Shown here: in pieces, positions 26,817 through 36,710 of the stretch
Numbering within the stretch: position 1 is the stretch's first letter
Layout: every line of letters begins with the position of its first letter
Notes under the pieces: generated by a model
Told to the model about the DNA's origin: nothing
Database searches by the model: none
The model's input: only the letters and a program-made list of their open reading frames with translations
Made by a program: the position numbers and the translations under genes
Source of the DNA: an uncultured Bacilli bacterium
Lineage (GTDB): Bacteria > Bacillota_I > Bacilli_A > RF39 > UBA660
Length of the DNA stretch: 64,000 nt
Direction of reading: 5' to 3'
Assembly: GCA_947588685.1 (NCBI GenBank)
Contig: CANPYM010000003.1
Span: forward strand, 5,587 to 69,586

Positions 26817-28315
26817 TATAATGTTGCCGTTGAACCAATACCGATACTAGCACCAATAAGGTTCCAACCAACAATAATAACTAACCAAGTAAGCGCTAAA
26901 GCTAATAAAACCGGGCACATCTTACGGATTGTTCCAAAGAAGCTTATTTCTTCATCTTGACTATCAGCTTTATATAAGAATCCTAACATAATAATGAAGA
27001 AAATATAAAAGGGACTAAAACATTTACCGATAGAATCACCAGCTTTAAAAATCATTTGCCCAAACTCAGGTGCGATATTAGCTCTAACTAAACTATCAAT
27101 AACAATTGGTGAGGCGATGCGCCAATTACTAATGGTTGATGGATTTAAAATAGTCATAATAATACATACAATGAGGGTCGCACCAACCATAAAGACACCG
27201 GACATCTCACTTATCCGTAAAACCTCTAATAATTTTAAAGATAGAACCGTATTTAAATTAGTAAACTCCAAAACGCTTAACATAATAGATGCGAAGAACA
27301 AACCAGCAAAGATAAAGCCCGTATTTTGGAATGTTTTAGATATCGCTTTATTAAACTCACTACTACCTTTAATATTACGGGATACTTTACCATAAATATA
27401 GCTACATATTAAAGCCATTCCTAAAAGGATAACCATAAAACCATCTTTAAATGGCGCATTATCACCCATCAATTTAGTCATATATGATCCCGCTTTTTCA
27501 TCTAACATCCAACCTGAAAGTGGTAAACCAGGAATAATTGACCAAACAGCTAAAAGGAGCATAACAACAAATCCTATAATAGCGGCTTTTAAAGCCTTAC
27601 TAGACATTATTAGTTCTTCTTCATCATCATAACGAACTTTCTTAGGAAAAGTTTTTTCAATCATAATTGTTCCAACAATCGTTAAAATAATTGTCGAAGC
27701 TAACATCATAAATAGGGTTGACCAAGGGAAAAAGCTATAATTATCTAAAACATTACGAGCAACAACTTCAGTCATATTACCAAGGACAAGGTCCTGATAA
27801 TTATAGACTAAACCAGTTCCATAACCCATTGTAATACCAATAAATGATGTCATTATACCTGTTTTAGCATCACGACCCATAATTCGATAGATGGCTGCCA
27901 CAAAAGGTAGTAAAATAGCATAACTATAGTCACCAACAAAAGTTGAACAAATGCTGATAAATAAAACAACAAATGTTATGATACTACTTTTAACATTTTT
28001 AAGGCCACCAAATAAATGTCTTAATAAACCGCTAACCTCTAAAATAGAAACCGTGATTAAAGATACGATAACAGCTACTAATGGTTCAACACCCCGAAAA
28101 TTTCTTAAAGCTGATCCAATAACGTATTGGATACCTTCTTTAGAGAAAATGTTATTAACTGTAATCGTTGTTGTCTCTAATGTTTCTTGATCAGTTAAAA
28201 CGCCACTTAATCCTAATTTACTGCCAATAAAACTGATAGCAGCAATAATCGCACTAAGTAAAATCATAACTGTTAAAGGTCCAAGATTAATCTTTCTTGT
28301 TCTTTTTTTTCGCAT
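26816..28315 (-). CDS. AbgT-family (p-aminobenzoyl-glutamate-type) transporter-like membrane protein
   Basis: 499 aa and polytopic. The N-terminal region (NNIFSKEGIQYVIGSALRNFRGVEPLVAVIVSLITVSILEVSGL) resembles the conserved AbgT entry segment. Assigned from memory of the family only. Confidence 0.55.
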   Translation of the reverse strand: MRKKRTRKINLGPLTVMILLSAIIAAISFIGSKLGLSGVLTDQETLETTTITVNNIFSKEGIQYVIGSALRNFRGVEPLVAVIVSLITVSILEVSGLLRHLFGGLKNVKSSIITFVVLFISICSTFVGDYSYAILLPFVAAIYRIMGRDAKTGIMTSFIGITMGYGTGLVYNYQDLVLGNMTEVVARNVLDNYSFFPWSTLFMMLASTIILTIVGTIMIEKTFPKKVRYDDEEELIMSSKALKAAIIGFVVMLLLAVWSIIPGLPLSGWMLDEKAGSYMTKLMGDNAPFKDGFMVILLGMALICSYIYGKVSRNIKGSSEFNKAISKTFQNTGFIFAGLFFASIMLSVLEFTNLNTVLSLKLLEVLRISEMSGVFMVGATLIVCIIMTILNPSTISNWRIASPIVIDSLVRANIAPEFGQMIFKAGDSIGKCFSPFYIFFIIMLGFLYKADSQDEEISFFGTIRKMCPVLLALALTWLVIIVGWNLIGASIGIGSTATL

Positions 28316-28323
28316 AAGCCCTC

Positions 28324-28509
28324 CTAATAAGTAATGACTTTTTTTAATTTCTTATTAAACTCAATTCGCGGAAACATAATACTCCTACCACATTTAACGC
28401 ATTTGATTTTGATATCAGCGCCAATACGAGTTATTTCCCATTCATTCGTACCGCAAGGATGTTCTTTTTTCATCATTACGATACTACCTAATTTATAATT
28501 ATTCTCCAT
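28324..28509 (-). CDS. DUF951 family small protein
   Basis: The real start is probably ATG 28509 (MENNYKLGSIVMMKKEHPCGTNEWEITRIGADIKIKCVKCGR). The track N-terminus overlaps the mscS-like gene. Confidence 0.8.
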   Translation of the reverse strand: MENNYKLGSIVMMKKEHPCGTNEWEITRIGADIKIKCVKCGRSIMFPRIEFNKKLKKVITY

Positions 28510-29305
28510 TATGAACCACCACCTGTGGGAAAGGTATTTCAATATCATTTTCATCGAAAGCCTTTTTAATCTTTTCTCTTAAAATTCGTTCATAATTATA
28601 ACGATCATTATAATTAGAGCCAAAAATGACACGCATAAGAATACCGCTTTCACCTAACTCTTCGACGCCACATAAAGTAGCCGGTTCCGTAATGTTTAAT
28701 TCTTTAGTGAATTCGTCTAAGACTTTATTTAAAACCTCTTTTACTTTATCCAAGTTAGAACGATAAGCAACTTCGACATCAATAATACTAATATTATTTT
28801 GAAGGGTATGATTAATAACCCGGTCAATATTACGATTAGCAATAACTAACACTTCACCGGTGTAGGCGGTAAGACGTGTTGACTTAATACCTAAATAAGT
28901 AACAGTACCTTTAAAATCACCGATAGTTACCACATCACCAATATCAAATTGGTCTTCAAAAATGATTCCGGCTCCGGCGATAATATCTTTTAATAAATCT
29001 TGTAAAGCAAGACCAGCTACTAAACTAACTACTCCTAAAGAAGCTAGTAATGATTTAGTATCAATGCCATAGACATCTAAAATCATAAGTAGAGCAATTA
29101 CCGCAATAAAGTATTTTGAAATGTTATCGATTAAGCCTACCATCGTCTTTTGACGACGAGAATCAACTCTTACACTACGTGTCTTAATTGCAAAAGCTTT
29201 CTTAATTACTTTATGAATAATAACATAAATTAAAATCGCTGCAATAATGATAATAATTGGGGCGATAATCTTACGATTAAGAATTATTTCTAATATTTTT
29301 TTCAT
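28499..29305 (-). CDS. Small-conductance mechanosensitive channel (MscS family)
   Basis: 268 aa. TM helices followed by the MscS beta-domain signature FDIGDVVTIGDFKGTVTYLGIKSTRL. Confidence 0.85.
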   Translation of the reverse strand: MKKILEIILNRKIIAPIIIIIAAILIYVIIHKVIKKAFAIKTRSVRVDSRRQKTMVGLIDNISKYFIAVIALLMILDVYGIDTKSLLASLGVVSLVAGLALQDLLKDIIAGAGIIFEDQFDIGDVVTIGDFKGTVTYLGIKSTRLTAYTGEVLVIANRNIDRVINHTLQNNISIIDVEVAYRSNLDKVKEVLNKVLDEFTKELNITEPATLCGVEELGESGILMRVIFGSNYNDRYNYERILREKIKKAFDENDIEIPFPQVVVHNGE

Positions 29306-29306
29306 A

Positions 29307-30182
29307 TTATTCCTTTATTCCTAAAACATCTAAAATACGGTTTAAATCAGCTACATTAGTAAAACCAATTTCAATCTTATTTTCTTTAACTTTTACTTTC
29401 GTATCTAACTTGTCAGATAAAAGTTCAGCAACATAAAGATAATCTGGTCTAACGGGTTTCGTATGATGAACATTTTTAACTTTTTTATCTTCTTTTTTAG
29501 CGCGCTCTTCAAGACTATGAACAGGTACCTTGTTTTCAATAATGTCATAGGCAAGCTCTCTAATGCGTTCATCATCTTCTAATTTACTTAAAACTCTAGC
29601 ATGAGCCATACTAAGTTTATTCGATGTAACTAAATCTTGAACATCCTTAGGTAGACGTAAAAGACCTAATAAATTAGTTATATGACTACGACTTTTACCA
29701 ACCCGGGCACTTAACTCATCTTGAGTTATGTGAAGGCGCTCTAACATTGTCTTATAAGCTAGGGCCTCTTCAATCGCGCTTAAATCTTCCCGCTGTAAGT
29801 TTTCTAGTAAGGCAATTTCCATCATTTGCATATCATCAAGGTTACGAATAATAGCAGGAATTGTTTTAAGACCAGCTATTTGGCTCGCTCTTACTCTTCG
29901 TTCACCTGCAATAATCTCATAACCTTTAATACTCTTTTTAACAATAATAGGTTGGAAAACGCCGTGTTCTTTAATTGATGATGCGAGTTCCTCTAAGGCT
30001 TCTCTATCAAAGTTATGACGTGGTTGATAGGGATTTGGTCTTAATTCATCAAGATTAAGATCAATAATTTCTTCGTGGGAAGCACTTTCATAAACAGCTT
30101 GTTCAAAACTATCTAAATCTAAGTTCTCCGTATTAAATAATTGTTCTAATCCGCGCCCTAAGGCTCTTTTTTTATTTTCCAT
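29307..30182 (-). CDS. parB: Chromosome partitioning protein ParB/Spo0J
   Basis: ParB box GERRVRA and an HTH region. The track start is a TTG. ATG 30182 (MENKKRALGRGL) is the canonical N-terminus. Confidence 0.93.
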   Translation of the reverse strand: MENKKRALGRGLEQLFNTENLDLDSFEQAVYESASHEEIIDLNLDELRPNPYQPRHNFDREALEELASSIKEHGVFQPIIVKKSIKGYEIIAGERRVRASQIAGLKTIPAIIRNLDDMQMMEIALLENLQREDLSAIEEALAYKTMLERLHITQDELSARVGKSRSHITNLLGLLRLPKDVQDLVTSNKLSMAHARVLSKLEDDERIRELAYDIIENKVPVHSLEERAKKEDKKVKNVHHTKPVRPDYLYVAELLSDKLDTKVKVKENKIEIGFTNVADLNRILDVLGIKE

Positions 30183-30957
30183 TTCTCTCAATCACCTCTT
30201 TAGCTAAATTTAAGTAAGCTTCTGTTCCACGACTCCGTGGATCATAAGCATGAATTGGCTTACCATGACTTGGTGCTTCAGCTAATCTTACTAACCTAGG
30301 AATAATCGTATCGTATACTTTATCCTTGAAGTAACTCCTGATATCTTCAACAACTTCAAGACCTAGATTAGCTCTACTATCAAGCATTGTAAGTAAAACA
30401 CCTTCAATATCTAATTCCGGATTTAGTTTTCTTTGCGCTAGTTTGATAGAACTTAGTAGTTGCATAATTCCTTCAAGCGCAAAAAACTCACATTGGACAG
30501 GTATAATAACGGAATCGGCTGCCGCTAAAGCATTAGTTGTAATAATCTCTAATGATGGTGGACAATCGATGATGACATAATCAAATACATCAACGAGCTT
30601 TCGAAGATGTTTCTTTAATTGTAAAGCTGGAATAAACTTACTATTTTCTCTTGATAAATCACGTAGTTCATTTCCGACACCAGCTAGATTAATAGATGCT
30701 GGCATCATATATAAATTTTTAAAGTGCGTTTTAATAACAACATCTTGAACATTAGCTTTATCGGTTAGTAATTCATAAGTAGTTGCTTTAGATGTTCCTT
30801 TATCAACACCCACACCTGTTGTGGCATTACCTTGAGGATCTAAATCAATTAATAAAGTCTTTTTCCCTAAAAGGCCTAAAGAAGCCGCAAGATTGATACT
30901 AGAGGTCGTCTTACCAACGCCTCCTTTTTGATTAACAAATGCTATAATTTTTCCCAT
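30172..30957 (-). CDS. parA: Chromosome partitioning ATPase ParA/Soj
   Basis: 261 aa. Deviant Walker A NQKGGVGKTT. Confidence 0.95.
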   Translation of the reverse strand: MGKIIAFVNQKGGVGKTTSSINLAASLGLLGKKTLLIDLDPQGNATTGVGVDKGTSKATTYELLTDKANVQDVVIKTHFKNLYMMPASINLAGVGNELRDLSRENSKFIPALQLKKHLRKLVDVFDYVIIDCPPSLEIITTNALAAADSVIIPVQCEFFALEGIMQLLSSIKLAQRKLNPELDIEGVLLTMLDSRANLGLEVVEDIRSYFKDKVYDTIIPRLVRLAEAPSHGKPIHAYDPRSRGTEAYLNLAKEVIERNGK

Positions 30958-30991
30958 AATTTCACCTGTTTTAAACTTCTTTCACATATCT

Positions 30992-31021
30992 ATTTTATCA
31001 TACTTTACCCTATAAAGCCAA
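30992..31021 (-). promoter_or_regulatory. Sigma-A promoter of parA-parB (TTGGCT-N18-TGaTAAAAT)
   Basis: On the minus strand, TTGGCT at 31021..31016 and the extended -10 TGATAAAAT ending at 30992. Confidence 0.5.
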
Positions 31022-31035
31022 TAAGTTAGTGGGGT

Positions 31036-31061
31036 AAAAAAACCAATCATCACGATTGGTC
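31036..31061 (-). terminator. Rho-independent terminator after ORF 31062
   Basis: ACCAATC-gtgat-GATTGGT followed by T7 on the minus strand. Confidence 0.75.
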
Positions 31062-31880
31062 TTAACTTGCTTCATAATAAGTTTTAGCTGGCTCTAAAAT
31101 TAATTGCTTATCGCGAACAAAAGAATAATCTACTTCATCACCGGAACGAACAGAATGCATAATGCTTTTTCGTTGTTCCTTTAGTCTTGCAAAATCTCTT
31201 CTAGCGAACCACATCATATTTAAGTGATCAACGCTATCCAAGGTCAAGACAGCTGATGATAGATAAGCACGGTATAGAGCTAATTTTTTACCACAATGAG
31301 CTAGTTCATCTAAATGTTCCACTCTTTTGTCACTCATAAGTGATGATTCATTTAGGACAAAGTCCATAACGGCATCGGATATAGAATTATCTTGAAATAG
31401 ATCACGGTGTACCTCACTACGCTCTTTTAAGGCTTCAAAAACAGCTCGCAATAAAGCTTGATCTTCTTCCGTTAATTCTTCATTTTCCATTCTTTTACGA
31501 AGATTTTGAAGCTCCCATTGAACGGCTTCTTTAAAGAATTCAATCCCGCCACGGCTATTACATAATAGGACTTCACTAAATAAAAGGCGTCCATGTTCCG
31601 AATAGGCCGGAACAGGATAAACTTGGGTAAAGAATGTTTCCATCAATTTTTGGGAATTAGGATTAGAACTGATTAAATAATTATTCTTATCCTCACCTCG
31701 TTCATAAATAGCATCTTCTTCATAAGCTAAAAACTCATCATAATCAAAGCCGGTATTTTCAAAACGTCTTTTAATTTCAGCTTCGGCTTCACTAGGATTA
31801 ACGCCATAACTATCATCATTAGTAATGACAGTATATGATAAAGCTGATAAAGGTAATTTCTGAATGTTTACTTTTTCCAT
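31062..31880 (-). CDS. Hypothetical cytoplasmic protein (272 aa)
   Basis: Good RBS (GGAGGATTAAA-ATG) and its own terminator. Mostly helical-looking sequence with no motif I recognise. Confidence 0.5.
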   Translation of the reverse strand: MEKVNIQKLPLSALSYTVITNDDSYGVNPSEAEAEIKRRFENTGFDYDEFLAYEEDAIYERGEDKNNYLISSNPNSQKLMETFFTQVYPVPAYSEHGRLLFSEVLLCNSRGGIEFFKEAVQWELQNLRKRMENEELTEEDQALLRAVFEALKERSEVHRDLFQDNSISDAVMDFVLNESSLMSDKRVEHLDELAHCGKKLALYRAYLSSAVLTLDSVDHLNMMWFARRDFARLKEQRKSIMHSVRSGDEVDYSFVRDKQLILEPAKTYYEAS

Positions 31881-31909
31881 TTTAATCCTCCTATAATAAA
31901 ATATGATAG

Positions 31910-33718
31910 CTATTTACGACTATCATATTTTTTTCGTTCGTTCGTATTTAAAATAGCTTTGCGCATCCGATAATTAGTTGGTGTTATCTCAACTAATTCA
32001 TCGTCATTAATATAATCTAGACATACTTCCAAACTCATTTGTTTTGGCCTTTTTAAGACAACGGTATGATCTTTTCCGGCAGAACGCGTGTTAGTTAGAT
32101 TTTTACCACGGACAACATTAACCGCTAAATCCGTCTCATGGTTACTTTCACCAACAATCATTCCTTCATAAACTTGGGTACCAGGTTCAATAAACATAAC
32201 GCCCCGTTCTTCTAGTCCACCTAAAGCATAAGCTGTCGCTGCGCCATTTTCCATTGAAACTAAAACACCATTTTTACGAGTTCCAACTAAAGCTCCCGCT
32301 TTAGGACGATAAGCGCTGAAAGTATGATTAATAATACCATAACCTTTTGTCATCGTCATAAACTCGGTCATAAAACCGATAAGACCCCTTGTTGGAACAA
32401 GATAGTTAAGACGAACTTGATTTTCCGTATTCGTCATATTTTCCATTGTTCCTTCTCTATTACCTAAAGCTTCAATAACAGCGCCAACATATTCTTCAGG
32501 AACATCGACTTGAACCTCTTCATAAGGTTCGCATGTTACACCATCGATAACTTTTTCAATAATTTTAGGTTTTGATACTTGTAACTCAAATCCCTCACGA
32601 CGCATATTTTCAATTAAAATTGATAAGTGTAGCTCGCCACGACCAGAGACAATAAAGGATTCTGAATCATTTGGTTGAACACGAAGGGAGACATCACGTT
32701 CTGTTTCTTTCATCAAGCGTTCTTCAATCTTTCTCGCTGTAACAATCTTACCTTCTCTACCACAGAAAGGACTGGTGTTAACGCCAAAAGTCATCTGCAA
32801 AGTTGGTTCATCAATACGAAGAAGTGGTAGAGCTTCTTCTTTTCCTACTGTGCATACAGTTTCCCCGACCGAAATATCTGGTAAACCAGCAATAGCGACA
32901 ATATCGCCAGCTTCAGCATGATCAACTTCAATTCTTTTTAGACCTAGATAGCCATATATTTTAGCAACTCTAAATTGTTTAATCGTGCCATCAACCCGAA
33001 CACAAGATACCATTTCATTTAATTTGATAGTTCCTCTTTTGACTAAACCAATACCAATCCGACCAACAAAATCATTATAGTCAAGTAGTGCTGGTTGAAA
33101 TTGTAAAGGAGCATCTAATTCAACTTTAGGCTCTGGAATATAATCGATAATTAAGTCAAGGATATTTTCCATACCTTCTTTTTGCGTACTTAAATCAGGA
33201 TCTAGTGATGAGGTACCATTAATGGCTGAACAGTAAGCAATCGGAAAATCTAAATCATCAACGTCAGCACCTAGTTCAATAAATAGGTCAATAACTTCAT
33301 CGATAACCTCTTTAGGACGGGCGGCTGGTTTATCAACTTTATTAACAACGACAATCGGTTTAACATGAGCTTCCATGGCCTTCTTTAAAACAAAGCGGGT
33401 TTGTGGCATTGTTCCTTCATAAGCATCAACAACAAGTAAGACACCATCAACCATATTCATAATACGTTCAACTTCGCCACCAAAATCAGCATGGCCTGGT
33501 GTATCAAGAATATTAATTCTTGTATCTTTATAATTAATAGCTGTTGTCTTAGCTAAGATAGTAATACCACGTTCTCTTTCAATATCATTAGAATCTAAAG
33601 CTCGCTCTTGCACATTTTCATTATCACGAAAAGTTCCTGATGATTGTAATAACTTATCAACTAAAGTTGTCTTTCCATGATCGACGTGAGCAATTATCGC
33701 AATATTTCTTTTCTTCAT
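31910..33718 (-). CDS. typA: Translational GTPase TypA/BipA
   Basis: The track ORF extends to 33760. ATG 33718 (MKKRNIAIIAHVDHGKTTL) is the canonical start. G-domain motifs DTPGHADF and NKVD are present. Confidence 0.96.
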   Translation of the reverse strand: MKKRNIAIIAHVDHGKTTLVDKLLQSSGTFRDNENVQERALDSNDIERERGITILAKTTAINYKDTRINILDTPGHADFGGEVERIMNMVDGVLLVVDAYEGTMPQTRFVLKKAMEAHVKPIVVVNKVDKPAARPKEVIDEVIDLFIELGADVDDLDFPIAYCSAINGTSSLDPDLSTQKEGMENILDLIIDYIPEPKVELDAPLQFQPALLDYNDFVGRIGIGLVKRGTIKLNEMVSCVRVDGTIKQFRVAKIYGYLGLKRIEVDHAEAGDIVAIAGLPDISVGETVCTVGKEEALPLLRIDEPTLQMTFGVNTSPFCGREGKIVTARKIEERLMKETERDVSLRVQPNDSESFIVSGRGELHLSILIENMRREGFELQVSKPKIIEKVIDGVTCEPYEEVQVDVPEEYVGAVIEALGNREGTMENMTNTENQVRLNYLVPTRGLIGFMTEFMTMTKGYGIINHTFSAYRPKAGALVGTRKNGVLVSMENGAATAYALGGLEERGVMFIEPGTQVYEGMIVGESNHETDLAVNVVRGKNLTNTRSAGKDHTVVLKRPKQMSLEVCLDYINDDELVEITPTNYRMRKAILNTNERKKYDSRK

Positions 33719-33748
33719 ACATATACACCCTTTTCGCACACTTTCGAG

Positions 33749-33777
33749 ATTATAGCACATCCCAAGAATAAAGTAAA
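33749..33777 (-). promoter_or_regulatory. Sigma-A promoter of typA (TTTACT-N17-TATAAT with TGc)
   Basis: On the minus strand, TTTACT at 33777..33772 and TGCTATAAT ending at 33749. Confidence 0.55.
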
Positions 33778-33806
33778 GTGCATAAGAAAAACTATTTTAC
33801 AATAGT

Positions 33807-34466
33807 TTATCTTTCATAATCAAAAATAATTTTTCTTCGTGTATGGCGATACTTTTTAGCCAATTTCTTATAGCTATGACTACTTGGTTGACAAGCATAA
33901 TAACTATATCCGCCACCTCTTTTAACGTCAATAACAAAGATGAAACTATATACATTACTGTTTAAATCTTGATAGATACATAAAACACTTATCGTATCCT
34001 CAATAATCTTACCTTCTTCTTTTTGAATAGCTAAAGATGTTTGAACGCTTTTTTCCTCACCGGCCGCAATATCAAAAGTTGTAAACAACCGTTGATTTAA
34101 GTTGTCGGTTACTTCTTGAGCGCCATAGATCTTTTCGCCACTTTCTAAATCATAAAACTTAATATTTGTTGCCACACCATAGCCGATATTTCGTAACATT
34201 ATCTTGACGTCAATACTATCACTACTTCCAGCTATTTTATCTAGAGCAGTACCTTTATATTTTTTTCGGAGTTTGTTACCTAACATAACGATAAAATAAA
34301 AGCATTTATCTAAGTTACTAACATCTTCAATCTTATCTAAAATTATATATGGCTTATGTTCTGCTTTGACACGACCAGCAACGGTATACATCGCCGCTAT
34401 AATCGTCGCACAAACGGGTACAACAATTGAAGCTATGGTTAAAACAAACGTATATTCTTCCATCAT
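33807..34466 (-). CDS. Hypothetical single-pass membrane protein (219 aa)
   Basis: N-terminal TM helix (FVLTIASIVVPVCATIIAAMYTV). The remainder is unrecognised. Lies 4 nt downstream of the Nudix gene. Confidence 0.45.
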   Translation of the reverse strand: MMEEYTFVLTIASIVVPVCATIIAAMYTVAGRVKAEHKPYIILDKIEDVSNLDKCFYFIVMLGNKLRKKYKGTALDKIAGSSDSIDVKIMLRNIGYGVATNIKFYDLESGEKIYGAQEVTDNLNQRLFTTFDIAAGEEKSVQTSLAIQKEEGKIIEDTISVLCIYQDLNSNVYSFIFVIDVKRGGGYSYYACQPSSHSYKKLAKKYRHTRRKIIFDYER

Positions 34467-34470
34467 CCAC

Positions 34471-34905
34471 CTACTTTATCATTTCTTTTAAAATATAATC
34501 CATCGTAATTTTAATATCCGGAAAGCAATCGATATGATCAAGTTCTTCTCTAGTAAACCATCTAATATCTGTACTTTCTTCAATATTAAGAGTTGGATTT
34601 GTATCATTATTAGGAATAGCAGCATAAATAATATCAACGTGCATCTCACCATTACTATGACGATTCTTTTGGATACCTAAAGGACGGATAAAATCTTCTT
34701 CACGAGGGAAATGTTCACCTAACAAAGTTACTTTTAAACCGGTCTCTTCATAGGCCTCCCTTAAGGCACACTCCTCAGGAGTTTCATCTAATTCAATATG
34801 GCCTCCTGGTTGCGTCCAACGATGATTTTTACGATGCATAATTAGTAAAATACGTTTATCCACTGGATTTATAATAAAAACAGAGGCACAAAAATGTCTT
34901 GCCAT
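34471..34905 (-). CDS. NUDIX hydrolase
   Basis: 144 aa. Nudix box GGHIELDETPEECALREAYEETGL. Confidence 0.88.
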   Translation of the reverse strand: MARHFCASVFIINPVDKRILLIMHRKNHRWTQPGGHIELDETPEECALREAYEETGLKVTLLGEHFPREEDFIRPLGIQKNRHSNGEMHVDIIYAAIPNNDTNPTLNIEESTDIRWFTREELDHIDCFPDIKITMDYILKEMIK

Positions 34906-34946
34906 ACTATCACCATTTTGATTATAACAAAAAAAGACATTCCTGT

Positions 34947-35696
34947 CTATTCAAGAATGTCAAGTCCTTGTATGTTCTCATTATCTTTATAAATTGTTAC
35001 CTTCTCACTTTCATCTAAAGTACATAGTAAGATATCCTTAACATTATTACACCCTAAAACTTTAAGCTGTTTTAAAAGCCAATTAGCATCTTTATGCATT
35101 AAAGACAAATTCTTGTCCATAATATGTCCATCGATGATGACATTACCAACTAATACTTCTTTATCAGGCTTTATTTTCATATCGCTAGGACTTAATGGTT
35201 TATATAAGGCTTTCGGTAGGAAACTCATCTCGCCATTTACTTCCATAATGCCGTAAGCGATATTGGAAATATCAAAGTAGCCTTTAATACGACATTCTTC
35301 TAATAGTTCATTAATATCAAGATGTGCTTTACGCATATTATCTCTTAAGATTTTACCATTTTGAATAATGATGGTTGGGGTTCCCATAAAAAGGCGACGC
35401 ATAAAAATGCTTTTCATCGTTAACCATGAAACTAAATAGGCGACTAGTCCAAATAAGATAACGGCAAATATGCCATTTATTTCTGGTGATTCAGTGTTGA
35501 TGGTCATTTCTGCAGCAAAGTTACCAATCGAAATACCAATAACATAGTCAAATAAGCTTAATTCGGACACTTGTTTTTTACCCAATAATTTAGTAACAAT
35601 AAAAAGAGTAAATAAACTAATTAAAGCCCGATAAGTAACCGTTCCAAGGGTTGAAAAATCCATAATATCACCAATAATATTATGGATTTTAATCAT
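34947..35696 (-). CDS. DUF421 (YetF-like) membrane protein
   Basis: LGKKQVSELSLFDYVIGISIGNFAA and the C-terminal YetF-type domain. The start may instead be ATG 35663 (MDFSTLG). Confidence 0.78.
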   Translation of the reverse strand: MIKIHNIIGDIMDFSTLGTVTYRALISLFTLFIVTKLLGKKQVSELSLFDYVIGISIGNFAAEMTINTESPEINGIFAVILFGLVAYLVSWLTMKSIFMRRLFMGTPTIIIQNGKILRDNMRKAHLDINELLEECRIKGYFDISNIAYGIMEVNGEMSFLPKALYKPLSPSDMKIKPDKEVLVGNVIIDGHIMDKNLSLMHKDANWLLKQLKVLGCNNVKDILLCTLDESEKVTIYKDNENIQGLDILE

Positions 35697-35710
35697 TTAA
35701 ATATACTCAC

Positions 35711-35736
35711 AAAAAAACGTACCTAAGTACGTTTTA
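35711..35736 (-). terminator. Rho-independent terminator of rpmE
   Basis: AAACGTAC-ttag-GTACGTTT followed by a T-run on the minus strand. The stem includes the stop codon. Confidence 0.8.
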
Positions 35737-35949
35737 GTTTTGTTTGTCTAAACCATATTTACGATTGAACTTTTCAACACGGCCAGCTTTTGATGCACTA
35801 GCGCCATCTTTCTTACCATTATAGAATGGATGACACTTGTCACATGTTTCAATATGTAATTCAGGCTTATTTGACATAACTGTAAAAGTATTGCCACAAG
35901 CACACATTACTTTAGTTTCAACGTATTCTGGATGAATTCCTTTTTTCAT
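35734..35949 (-). CDS. rpmE: 50S ribosomal protein L31 (zinc-binding type A)
   Basis: The canonical start MKKGIHPEY is at 35949, with AAGGAG 8 nt upstream. Cys pairs CACG and CDKC. Confidence 0.93.
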   Translation of the reverse strand: MKKGIHPEYVETKVMCACGNTFTVMSNKPELHIETCDKCHPFYNGKKDGASASKAGRVEKFNRKYGLDKQN

Positions 35950-36055
35950 CTTCTTCGCTCCTTCCGCCATGACTTTGATAAGTCATAGAAAACTAATTCC
36001 TACCTAGTTTATCAAATTATTTTATAATTTGCAAGTATTTAAGAGGTATTTTACA

Positions 36056-36709
36056 TTAATCTCTACTATTACCAAATAAACGTAGTAAATCTAAGAAAAT
36101 ATTAACGAAGTCTAAATATAATTGGAAAGCACCATAAATAGCTAGGCTATCTTGATTTTCAATGCCATATAATTTTCTTTTAATAGCTTGAATATCAAAG
36201 GCAATATACGCCATAAAGATAATAATACCAATAATACATAAGCCAAGGTCTAAAGCTTCAGAACCAATAAAGATATTAATAACAGACATAATAATGATTG
36301 CTAAAATACCCATAAATAAGAAAGTCGATATTTTAGTTAAATCAATCTTGGTAAAATAACCGATACAACCAAATATTAACATAATAATAGCGGTTACACC
36401 AAAGATAATCATAATAGATCCTAATTCAAAATAAGCAAAAATAGTTGCAAAAGTCACACCGGTTAAAGCTGTATAAAATAAATACAAGATTGTTGCCGTT
36501 AAGGACGACATCTTTCTAATGCGGACAGCTAATACAATCGCAATGACAATTTCAGCTAACCAAACAAGTAAATATAAACCTCCTGAAAATAAAGTATCCA
36601 TTAAACTTGATTCTTGAAGACCAAAACCCATACCAAAAGTTATAAGTAGACCAACAAATAACCACATAAATATTTTTGGAAAAACGACTCTTAATTCATC
36701 GCTCATCAA
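36056..36709 (-). CDS. Bax inhibitor-1/YccA family membrane protein
   Basis: 217 aa with 7 TM helices. C-terminal region AFQLYLDFVNIFLDLLRLFG is typical of the family. Confidence 0.85.
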   Translation of the reverse strand: MMSDELRVVFPKIFMWLFVGLLITFGMGFGLQESSLMDTLFSGGLYLLVWLAEIVIAIVLAVRIRKMSSLTATILYLFYTALTGVTFATIFAYFELGSIMIIFGVTAIIMLIFGCIGYFTKIDLTKISTFLFMGILAIIIMSVINIFIGSEALDLGLCIIGIIIFMAYIAFDIQAIKRKLYGIENQDSLAIYGAFQLYLDFVNIFLDLLRLFGNSRD

Positions 36710-36710
36710 A

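Noticed and set aside
14627-28190. Antisense ORFs within the DUF4116 gene, gpsA, the rSAM cassette, the HEXXH ORF and the AbgT-like gene (14627, 15409, 21455, 21640, 23094, 23604, 25546, 27117, 27951).
   Set aside because: Each is fully nested opposite a longer ORF with clear family motifs or membrane topology. None has start-site signals.
29307-31061. Searched the parAB region and the rest of the window for a parS site (TGTTNCACGTGAAACA).
   Set aside because: I found only partial matches, for example CACGTGAA at about 12637 inside rpsJ and ACCACGTGAACCA at about 9353 inside rplV. There is no 14-16/16 match, so no parS is called.
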